Positions 53,157-64,000 of a DNA stretch of 64,000 nt are shown one piece after another. The notes beneath the pieces are model-generated. The model was not told the DNA's origin and searched no databases. It worked only from the letters and a program-made list of their open reading frames with translations. The stretch is from Octopus vulgaris (lineage: Eukaryota): NCBI GenBank assembly GCA_951406725.2, contig OX597824.1:14384001-14448000 (forward strand), given 5' to 3'. Made by a program: the position numbers and the translations under genes. Position 1 is the first letter of the stretch, and every line of letters begins with the position of its first letter.

Positions 53157-53719
53157 CGAGCAAAACGGACCCCTCCCCGTCCAATGGACGGTGCTGAGTT
53201 GTCAAACATTTAAACCAAATTTTCTCAAAACAACTTGTCCGACCGTCCCATAGGCCTCCCCTTTGAGAAACACTGATTTAACCTAAATTTGAGACACCAG
53301 CAAAAGAAGAAATAAAGAGAAACTTTTTTCTATTCCAAAGAAAAACGATTTTATTCACACAAATATGCAACCGAAGAGTTTAAAGTACCAGTAATGATAA
53401 GGCTGTTGACTGGGAGAACAAAAACATGGTTTAAACAGTAAGCTTGGCAGGAAAGAAATGTGCCTTTAAGTAGTACAAAAACAACAAAAAATGGAAGGTG
53501 CTGTTATGTACAGGTTGACGGAAGAAAAGCAGGACAAAAATGGCTTTATTGATCGCATTCTCACCTGGAATTGATTTTTGTAATTTTTTCAAGACTTATA
53601 CACGCCCTGATACCGTCGGTATCTACATATCAAATTTGAGTGCAATCGGATGGAGGATGCCCGAGATCCTAGAAGACACATATACAGAAAGACAGAGAGA
53701 ACGGATTTTATATAAGAGA
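53157..53719 (-). mobile_element. Non-autonomous Helitron-like element, second copy
   Basis: Reverse-complement match to both ends of 11234-11620, with intact hairpin ccgtccaatggacgg; different internal segment. Confidence 0.7.
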
Positions 53720-54329
53720 TATATGTGGAGGCACATGGCTTAGACATTAGGATATTCAGCTCACAATCATAAAGTTTGATTCCTGGTGGTACACTGTGTC
53801 CTTGAGCAAGACACTTTATTCCACGTTGCTCCAGTCCACTCAGCTGGCAAAAATGAGTTGTACCTGTATATTTCAAAGGGCCAGCCTTGTCACATTCTGT
53901 CTTATGCTGAATTTCTCTGAGAACTACGTGAAGGATACATGTGTCAGTAAAGTGCTCAGTACCTTGCGTGTTGATTTCCCATTAACAGGATGTTCCATTG
54001 ATTGGATCAACAGGAACCCTTGACATCGTAACTGACGAACTGCCAGGTTCCTTTTTTTTATTATGCTATGTATGTGTGAGTGTGTGTATGCTTGTGTCTC
54101 CTTGTCTTAGCATTACTCTTTTACTCCTTTACTTGTTTTCAGTCATTTGACTGTGGCCATGCTGGAGCACTGCCTTTAGTCAAGCAAATCGACCCCAGGA
54201 CTTATTCTTTGTAAGCCTAGAACTTATTCTGTCGGTCTCTTTTGCCGAACCACTAAGTGACGGGGACATAAACACACCAGCATCGGTTGTCAAGAAATGC
54301 TAGGGGGACAAACACAGACACACAAACAT

Positions 54330-54369
<40 letters not shown>

Positions 54370-55017
54370 TATGTGAAATAGAAAGATGAATAATCTTGTA
54401 GCAGATTAATCAAAAGTTTAACCGATACCTTGGTAGCAAAAATCACAGCAGAAGACAGTACGGTTGGAGGTACAACCATATGGTGTTGCAACCGTGCGTT
54501 GGTGCGGATAATTGAAATTAAAATATTATTGGTGAATTGAAACGATTTCTGTTCAATCTTCGTTCAGCTCCATTTCTTCAATTCACCAATAATATTTTAT
54601 ATATATATATACATACATATATACGACGGGCTTCTTTCAGTTTCCCTCTACCAAATCCACTCACAAGGCTTTGGTCGGCCCGAGGCTATAGTAGAAGACA
54701 CTTGCCCAAGATGCCACGCAGTGGGACTGAACCCGGAACCATGTGGTTGGTTAGCAAGCTACTTACCACATAGCCACTCCTGCGCCTAATTAAATATAAA
54801 AGATAGATTAAATGCTAGTTGCAAAATCATTGTCTCTGTCTTTCAAGCAGTTTCACTCATTTCCAATATTCTGCGAGAACATATCTGGCCATGGGGAAAT
54901 ATCATCACCTTTCTTGGAAACATGTAATGGTTGGTGTCAGGAAGAGCATCCGGCAGTAGAAAATCTGCCTCAATAAACCCTAGTCAGCCCGTGTAAATAT
55001 GGGAAAGTAGTCATTAA

Positions 55018-55052
55018 AATGATGATGATGAGGAGGAGGAGGAGGATGGTGG

Positions 55053-55119
<67 letters not shown>

Positions 55120-55130
55120 GGTGGTGGTGT

Positions 55131-55162
<32 letters not shown>

Positions 55163-55253
55163 GTGATGATGGTGATGATGATGGTGATGATGATGATGGT
55201 GATGATGAGGAGGAGGAGGAGGAGGAGGAGGAGGATGGTGATGGTGGTGATGT

Positions 55254-55290
<37 letters not shown>

Positions 55291-55395
55291 GATGAGGACG
55301 AGGACGAGGATGATGATGATGAGGATGGTGATGGTGATGGTGATGGTGATGATGATGATGAGGAGGAGGAGGAGGAGGAGGAGGAGGAGGAGGAG
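55018..55395. repeat. Compound (GAT/GAG/GGT)n trinucleotide microsatellite
   Basis: Seen directly; continues from a SINE (GAT)n tail. Confidence 0.95.
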
Positions 55396-55399
55396 AGAT

Positions 55400-55580
55400 A
55401 GGATTGCAATGGGTTTCCTACTCTTGGCCAAATTTGTAAATGTCCAACATGGCCAATGTGGAAAATAAAGTCATACCAAAACTACAATGTACACAAAGGT
55501 ACATGGTAGACATATCCATTGAGATGGAGATACAAGAAAAGATCAACAAATTTGGGAATACGATTCTGTTCCCTATTTTA
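55400..55580 (+). mobile_element. Decayed Penelope-like RT fragment
   Basis: With frameshifts reads IAMG…ANVENKVIPKL…RYMVDI, resembling PLE RT motifs GxAMG…RYVDD. Confidence 0.5.
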
Positions 55581-55990
55581 GTGTCGAATATAGTTTAGAC
55601 AAAAGTCATGGCTGTGTTGTTAAGAAGCTGGCTTCCTGACCTTGTAGTCTTGAGTTCAGTCCCACTGTATGGCACCTCGGGCAAGTGTCTTATACTATAG
55701 CCCTGGAATGACCAAAGCCTTGTGAGTGGAACTGGTGGACGGAAACTGAAAGAAGCCAGTAGTCTACCGAGCCTTCACAGAGGAAAAGAGAGACACACAG
55801 AGAAAAGGAAAATGTCCTGCTTATTTGAAGACTATGGAAAAATTTACAAATCATTTCATTTCATTTTTTCTTCAATTTAATTGTTTTTTCTTCTTAATTA
55901 ATATCCACCTTTGTTTTATACTCTTAGTTGAAAAAGTCAAAAAGATTGAAACCAGTACTATATATATCACCATCCTCCTCCTCCTCCTCC

Positions 55991-56024
<34 letters not shown>

Positions 56025-56309
56025 CACCACCACCACCACCACCACCACCATTTAACGTCCATTTTTCCATACTGGCATGGGTTAGATGGTTTGACTGGAG
56101 CTAGTAAGCTGGAGAGCTGCACCAGGCTCCAGTCGTCTGTTTTGACTTAGTTTCTACAGTTGGATGCACTTGCTAATATCATCCACTTTACAGAGTGTAC
56201 TGGGTGACTTTTATATGTCACCAGCATGGATGCCCTGGAACAGGTGCCTTTTATGTGTCACCAGCACAGGTGTCTTTTACATATCACAGGCATAAGTGCT
56301 TCTTTTGTG

Positions 56310-56354
<45 letters not shown>

Positions 56355-58341
56355 TGTGTGTGTGTGTGTTACTGTTGCCTTTCCTTGACAGTGTTTGATT
56401 GTTGCAAGAAAAGTTGCCTCGACAAATTCCGTCATGCCCAAGTGAGCATTGGCAGGTAGAAGTTAAATGATGGTGATGATGAAGAGAAAGAAGAGGAGGA
56501 TACAAAGTGACAGAAAGAGTACTAATTAACAAATGATGAAAGAACCAGAGTTACATAATTACATGTATTAGCTTGCAGTCATTTCAGCTACAGGAATATA
56601 ACACCCAGGAATGAGTGTCTGTGACTTCTCCTCGCTTCATCAAAGCCTTTAACCCTTTTGATACCGACCTGTGTGACCATCTCTGGTCCTATGATACAAA
56701 CTTCCTGCTGTAAAGTGATCCAAAAACAAATGACAAAGTCATTTTACTAAATTCTTCATTAATTTTAAAATTAATTAGAATGAAGGTAGTATATTTGAAG
56801 AGGAATTTGGTTACCAAAAAGTTAATGATACCTATTTCTTTACTACCCAAAAGGGGCTAAACACAGAGAGGACAAACAAGGACAGACAAACGGATTAAGT
56901 CGATTACATCGACCTCAGTGCATAACTGGTACTTAATTTATCGACCCCGAAAGGATGAAAGGCAAAGTCAACCTCAGCGGAATTTGAACTCAGAACGTAA
57001 TGGCAGACGAAATACCGCTTAGCATTTCGCCCGGCATGCTAACGTTTCTGCCAGCTCGCCGCCTTTGTTAATGATACCATGACAGTTTCCATCTACTGAA
57101 TTCTACTCACAAGACTTGGGCTAATCTAAGGCTTTGGTAAAAGACACACGCATCCACGCCACCTTGTGCCATAAAGAGAGCCTCAATTCCCAGCTATATG
57201 CTTCCTCATTCACTTGTGGAAACAACCTCAGTACCATCTGTGAGCTCTCTACCCCTCATAAGGGATAAAACCTGATACTCATTTGTGTCAAGAGTAAGTA
57301 AGACAAGGCTTCACAGCTGTGAGAAAGACAACCTGTCAAAGAAATTGGATAATCCAAATAAACCCCCACTGCTTATGAAAAGTGTTCAATCTGACTATAT
57401 AGAGGAGACATGGACTCTGCAAGTTGTCTAGGAGAGCAGTGACTTCAAATAAAAATTGACACTGTAGGAGAAAGAACTTTTATCCTGACAGACAAGCTTC
57501 TCTAGTGCTGACAGACAAGCTTCTCTAGTGCTGACAGACAAGCTTCTCTAGTGCTTCTCATCCATGTCATAAAGTGGTTTTTGTTTGGAAAGGCATCCAG
57601 TTGCAAAACCCTCATCAAAAGAAGCAAACCAAGACAACACAGCATAAAAGAGACTCTAATGTTCTCTCCGAGACAACCTCTCTGATGCTTCTGTCGGCGA
57701 GCTGGCAGAATTGTTAGCACGCCGGGCGAAATACTTAGCCGTATTTCGTCTGCTGTTACGTTCTGAGTTCAAATTCCACCGAGGTCGACTTTGCTTTTCA
57801 TCCTTTCGGGGTTGATTAAATAAGTACTAGTTATGCACTGGGGTCGATATAATTGACTTAATCCGTTTGTCTGTTCTTATTTGTCCTCTCTGTGTTTAGC
57901 CCCTTGTGGGTGGTAAAGAAATAGGTAACTTCTCAGGGCCATTGAGGGAACCTTTATATGATCTCTCAACTTGAAAGAAATAGCTACCAAATCTCTTTCA
58001 AATAACACTTGACCATCTTTAAAAAGGAAGGGTACATTGGAATATGCAATCCTAAATATATTACGTCTGAAAGAAAAACCAAATAGGTACAGCAGGGATA
58101 CCTTTGAGGATATATCTACTGGATTGAGACGGATAGTGGTGGTCATGGTGCTAAACAACAACAGCAGCGAAAAGGCTATGACCCTGATGGCTCTTGTGGG
58201 GGTGGGAGTTGAAATCCAGAACTCTTGCTTGAATAGGTCTATTAGTTACAGCAGACACATAATAATTACTGTTACAACAGGCAATTACTATTATATAACA
58301 ATTGCTTTAATATGTCTGTTAGTTTTAATAGACACACATAT

Positions 58342-58940
58342 ATTTCTTTATTGCCCACAAGGGGCTAAACATAGAAGGAACAAACAGGGACAGACAAAGG
58401 GATTGAGTCGATTACATCGACCCCAGTGCAAAACTGGTACTTTATTTATCGACCCCGAAATGATGAAAGGCAAAGTCGACCTCGGCGGAATTTGAATTCA
58501 GAATGTAACGGCAGACGAAATACCTATTTCTTTACCACCCACAAGGGGCTAAACATAGAGGGGACAAACAGGGACAGACAAAGGGATTAAGTCGATTATA
58601 TCAACCGCAGTGCGTAACTGGTACTTTATTTATCGACCCCGAAATGATGAAAGGCAAAGTTGACCTCGGCGGAATTTGAACTCAGAACGTAGCGGCAGAC
58701 GAAATACCTATTTCTTTACTACCCACAAGGGGCTGAACACAGAGTGGACAAACAAGGACAGACATAGGGATTAAGTCGATTACATCGACCCCAGTGCGTA
58801 ACTGGTACTTTATTTATCGACTCCGAAAGGATGAAAGGCAAAGTTGACCTCGGCGGAATTTGAACTCAGAACGTAACGACAGACGAAATACCACTTAGCA
58901 TTTCGCCCGGCGCGCTAACGTTTCTGCCAGCTCGCCACCT
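58342..58940 (-). mobile_element. Family-B SINE trimer
   Basis: Three bodies with the same junction; flanking direct repeat ttaatagacaca. Confidence 0.85.
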
Positions 58941-59377
58941 TTAATAGACACATATAATGCTGTAACAGACAATTATCTTTATGTTATTACTTATCAAACT
59001 AGTAGGGGTTGGTGACTGGAAGAGCACCCAGTTGTAAAATTCTGCCTTGAATGAATCCTCATCATCCTTTGGCATCCATTTTCCAAACTGGCATGGAATG
59101 GATGGTTTGACTGGAGCTGGTAAACTGAAGAGCTGTACCAGGCCCCAGTCTGTTTTGGCTTGGTTTTTATGGCTGGGTGTCCTTCCTAATGCCAACCACT
59201 CTACAGAGTGTACTGGGTGCCTTTTACATGTCACCAGCACTGGCCACAAACACAACTTCACTTAGCTTAACATGTTTTCTGAAGCACAGCAAAATCACCA
59301 GAAGTCTCGGTCATTTGTCATTGCCTCCGTGAAACTCAACATCCAAAGATCATATTTCACCACCACATCCAATCATC

Positions 59378-59680
59378 ATCATCATTGTTCGGCCGTGGTC
59401 GAGACAATGGAATTTACTATGTTACGCCAGACTTCACGCTCCATCATAGCATTACGGAGGTCCTGTTGCTGGATGCCTGTATCCCTGGAGAATACATCAG
59501 GGTAGGAGAGTGTGCGCCCTCTGGTATCGCGAGCAGATGGTTTCCAGAGGAGAAGAGTAGAAACTACCTCGTTTTCAGCTCTACAACAATGTCCAGCAAA
59601 CTGGACTCTTCTACCTTTCACAAGAGATGATACAGGTGGTAATTTCCCATATATTTGTACTTTGGCTGGATGACGCTTCC
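59378..59680 (-). mobile_element. 5'-truncated LINE (RTE/RTE-X-like) 3' end with (TGA)n tail
   Basis: Peptide HPAKVQIYGKLPPVSSLVKGRRVQFAGHCCR…LLLWKP…RGRTLSYPD…MMEREVWR is typical of RTE-clade ORF C-termini; stop runs straight into tgatgatga. Confidence 0.85.
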
Positions 59681-60296
59681 AACCCCTTCCACAGTTAGAG
59701 ACTGGCACTTCTTTACACAGCTGTCCTCGTCCATACACATCACATGACCTTACCAGTACAGTCTTCTCTCTCCTGCACACTCCATTTGATGCCACTTTAT
59801 AGTTTATTCCATCATGGAAAATAAATGTTAAATAAATTACTGAATTTATATAAATTATTAAGAGGAAAAATACATCCTCAATACCCTCATGCTCTCTCTC
59901 TCTCTCAGAGAGAGAGAGAGAGAGAGAGAATAGTGTCTGGCTTAAACTGCTAGCATTTAAACTGGCCATATTTAACCCACATATTCCATCTATTTTTTGT
60001 TCAAACTGGCTGGATCTGGCCTCTCACACATACTCTAAATTAACAATCACATCATCTAAATTTCAAAGCTACGAGATATAATGCATGATTAAATTCACAA
60101 CAATGTGAATAAATAAGCTTGCAATTCGAGAGAGTAATCTCAATTCTAAAGGGTTAAACACCTGTAAGTTAATCATATCTGCAGAAAAAAAGATGTTCAT
60201 ACAGTTTTCTGAAGTCTGGTCTAAACACTTGCAACAGAATGTACTCTGGTAGAGACACTCAAGGGCTGAGTGACATTTTAGCCCTGTCATCCAAAT

Positions 60297-61503
60297 CAGG
60301 GCCAGCACTAGGAAGTGTGGGGCCCAATTAGAGAATTGTCAGTGGGGCCCTCTACTCTACAAATCATCATCATCATCATCATTTAACTTCTGCTTTCCAT
60401 GCTAGCATGGGTTGGACGATTTGACTGAGGTCTGGCAAACCAGATGGCTGCACCAGGCTCCAATCTTGATCTGGCAGAGTTCCTACAGCTGGATGCCCTT
60501 CCTAACGCTGACCACTCCGAGAGTGTAGTGGGTGCTTTTACATGCCACCGGCACAAGGGCCAGTCAGGCGGTACTGGCAGCGGCCATGCTCAAATGGTGC
60601 TTCTTATGTGCCACCTGAACAGGTGCTAGTCCAGCGGCACTGGCAAAGACCTCGCTCGAATGTTTTTTTTCATGTGCCACCGGCACAAGTGTCAATAAGG
60701 TGATGCAGGTAACAATCACACTCGAATGGTGCTTTTTACGTGCTTATCATAAAAAAGCTGAGATTAATGTTTGATGCTTCGTGAAGTACACCAGTCCCAG
60801 CCAAAAAGTGTTAAGGGCTTGAGGCTCCATTAACCACAATGGTATACTAAAAATTGAAAGCTCATATGAAAATTTTAATGTTTTATTATAACTCAAGATA
60901 ATTATTGATATGCTGTTTGTGAATAAACCTTCTAAAGACAGATTTTCCAGGTTTTTTTATCTGAGAAATCATTTCAAGGTCAATGGTTTTAATGATCTCA
61001 TTTTCCATAGATTGTATTGTCAAATTATGAAGTCTGTCTTGTGAAATGGTTGACTATCGGTGTGTTTTAATCTGTTTTAGTTTTGAAAAACTGCTTTCAC
61101 CTGATGCAACTGTTATGGGCATTGTTTGAGTAAATCATCAAAGCAATAGAAATGTTAGGAAATATTTAATTCATCATAGCATCTTCCACTCAAGCATGTG
61201 CTTGAGGCCCTTTTTTGGTGCAGGGCCCAGTTTGAACAAATCTTTCAAATTAACTTAAAACCAGCCCTGATCCAATACTAAAGGCATTCATCATAACAAC
61301 CTCTGCTCAAGCATGTGCTTTAGGCCCTCTCTTGATGTAGGGCCCAATTTGAACAAATCTCTCAAATTGGCTTAAAACCAGCCCTGATCCAATACTAAAG
61401 GCATTCATCATAACAACCTCTGCTCAAGCATGTGCTAGAGGCCCTCTCTTGGTGCAGGGCCCAGTTTGAACAAATCTCTCAAATTGGCTTAAAACCAGCC
61501 CTG
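60297..61503 (-). mobile_element. hAT transposon relic with transposase C-terminal dimerisation fragment, nested SINE and triplicated end
   Basis: Ends cagggccagc… / …ccagccctg with an 8-bp TSD-like pair atccaaat (60289-60296) / atccagat (61504-61511). Minus strand ~61170-60945 reads FPNISIAL…TMPITVASGESSFSKLKQIK…STISQDRL (hAT dimerisation motif). Confidence 0.85.
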
Positions 61504-61727
61504 ATCCAGATACTAAAGGCATTCTGACCCTTCCATGTCAACAGCCATCCGGATTTAATTAACATAATCCAAATGGATCGACCAAATTATTCTGGATTAT
61601 TATGAATGCTTTTCACTGAAAAACTTCCTTTTCCTTTCCTGCCTTTTATGTACAGGTGCTGGAGTAAGTCAGTTTTTCAGATATGAAATGAGTGAAAAGC
61701 ATGCTAAACTCCTGCGGGATACAGCCT

Positions 61728-63075
61728 GAGTATTACAATATACTCCCTGTGCATATTAGTGTATTACAATATACTCTGTCTATATATGCTAGTGGATTGC
61801 AGTATACTTCTATATGTCAATATATTACAGTATACTCACGGTATATGCTTGTGTATTACATATACTCCTCTGTATGCTCATGTATTACTGTATACTCAGT
61901 TATGTCAATGTTACGTGATACTCCTGTGTTAGCTAATGGATTACAAAATACTCCTTATGGCTTCTGTGCCGGTGGCACGTAAAAGGGCACCATTTGAGCG
62001 TGACCATTACTAACGTCGCCTTACTGGCACTTGTGCCCCATGCTAGTAGGGTGCTAAGAGCACCATCCGAGTGTGATCGTTGCCAGAGCGGCTAATCAGC
62101 TTCTGTGCTGGTGGCATGTAGAAGGTACTATTCGAGCGTGATCATTACCTGTGTCGCCTTACTGGCACCTGTGCTGGTGACATGTGTAAAAAGATTCGAG
62201 CGAGATCATTGCTAGTACCGCCTCACTGGTCCCTGTGCTGGTGGCACGTAAAAAGCACCCACTACACTCTCGGAGTGGTTGGTGTTAGGAAGGGCATCCA
62301 GCTGTAGAAACTCTGCCAGATCAAGATTGGAGTCTGATGCAGCCATCTGGTTCGTCAGCCCTCAGTCAAAATTGTCCAACCCATGCTAGCATGGAAAGCA
62401 GACGTTAAACGATGATGATGATGATGTAAGCTACTGTATTACTGTATAATCCCAATGTATATGCTTGTGTATTACAGTATACTCCCTGTGTATCTTAGTA
62501 TATTGCCTTATACTTACCATATTTGCTAGTGTATTACAGAATACTTTCTGCCTATATTGCTGTATTACAATATGCTCCCTGTGTACATGTTAGTGTATCA
62601 CAGTATACCTCACTTTAAATAAATTAGTGTATTACAATGTACTCCCTGTCTATGACAGCATACTCACTGTATATACATATGTATTACAGAATATTTCCTG
62701 TATATATTTGTGTATTACAGAATATTCACTGCCTATACTCCCTATAGAATATTCCTTGTGTACGCTATGACATTGCAGAATACTTTGTATGTATAACCTG
62801 TGCATATGCTACTGTATTACAGTATTCACACACACACACTCTCTCTATGTATACTTGTGTAGTACAGTATATTCCTTGCATGTATGCTAATGTATTACAT
62901 GACACTCCCTGCATATGTCATTGTATTATCTTATACTCATTGTGTATGCTTGTGTATTACAGAATATTCATTGTAGATATTACAGCATTACGGAATACTC
63001 CTTGTGTATGCTACAGTGCAGAATACTCCCTGTGTAAATGGTAACGTATTACAGTATACACCCTGTGTATACTAA
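61728..63075. repeat. Degenerate ~32-bp tandem array interrupted by a family-C SINE (61958-62425)
   Basis: Recurring gtattacagtatactccctgtgtatatgct-like units on both sides of the SINE. Confidence 0.85.
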
Positions 63076-63306
63076 TATAGTGTTTCTCATAAAGGGACTA
63101 GGCCTCTCCCTGCCCCGGAAGAGCCTGAAAAGATTGAAAAGGTAGTGGTCAAATTGCTATGTTTAACCCCTTTTGAGACCAACATACCTGAGACTACCCA
63201 TGGTTCTATGAAACAGATTTCCCATAGTTCTCAGCTGGGGTCATATATGGTCCTTGGGGCTCCATACAAGATTTTGTTGTTAAAGCACCTGTGCTAGTGA
63301 TAGGTA

Positions 63307-63802
63307 AAAAGCAGCCTTCGAACATTGGGCCTCATAGGGGTGATGACAAGTGACCAAGACCTTTGGGGATAAGCACCCTTTGAACATTGGGCTCCACAGA
63401 GGTAATGACAAGTGACCAAGACCTTTGGGGATAAGCACCCTTTGGACATTGGGCCCCACAGAGGTAATGGCAAGTGACCAAAACCTTTGGGGATAAGCAC
63501 CCTTTGAAAGTTGGGCCCCACAGAGGTAATGACAAGTGACCAAGACCTTTGACAATAAGCACCCTTTGAACGTTGGGCCCCACAAAGATAATGACAAGTG
63601 ACCAAAACCTTTGGGGATAAGCACCCTTTGAACATTGGGCCCCACAGAGATAATGACAAGTGACCAAAACCTTTGGTGATAAGCACCCTTTGAAAGTTGG
63701 ACCCCACAGAGGTAATGACAAGTGACCAAGACCTTTGGCGATAAGGACCCTTTTGAATGTTGGGCCCCACAGAGGTAATGACAAGTGACCAAGACCTTTG
63801 GT
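63307..63802. repeat. 62-bp minisatellite, ~8 units, inside a family-C-related element
   Basis: ataagcaccctttgaac… recurs at 63369, 63431, 63493, 63555, 63617, 63679, 63741. Confidence 0.95.
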
Positions 63803-64000
63803 GGTATGCTGTGTTTGAGAAGACTCGGCAATCCAAATGAAATTGTAGTTACGGCTGATGCTAGTGTCATATGATTGGCACCCATGCTGGTGGCATGTAA
63901 TAAGCACCCAGTACACTCTTGGAGTGGTTGGCATTAGGAAGGGCATCCAGCCATAGAAAACCATGCCAAATCAGACTGGAACTTGGTGCAGCTCTCTGGC

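Noticed and set aside
54970-55468. Poly-Ser, poly-Met and poly-Ile ORFs
   Set aside because: Trinucleotide microsatellite.
63280-63964. Cys/His-rich repeat ORFs resembling zinc fingers
   Set aside because: 62-bp repeat is not a multiple of three and gives the same peptides in all frames; no C2H2 spacing.

Overview
A repeat-saturated animal genomic window, most likely from an octopus or other coleoid cephalopod (inferred from the SINE families and the microsatellite load, not confirmed by a search). Most ORF-track entries are artefacts of microsatellites or SINEs. The only convincing host coding sequence is a minus-strand first coding exon encoding a complete THAP zinc-finger domain (50584-50338, phase-1 donor), so much of the window is probably intron of that gene. 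A second first-exon-like site (ATGAG|GTGAGT) lies in a CpG-retaining island near 4.85 kb. Mobile DNA includes four abundant SINE-like families (here called A, B, C and OR-like), a decayed full-length mariner plus a 5' fragment, a hAT relic with a triplicated end, two Helitron-like elements, TTAA MITEs and LINE/Penelope fragments. The most notable signals are several Penelope-type minimal hammerhead ribozyme motifs (one with a non-canonical core), long near-perfect palindromes that could be ADAR substrates, and a SINE family that repeatedly forms head-plus-tandem-body multimers with one fixed junction. Repeat boundaries were read by eye and are approximate.
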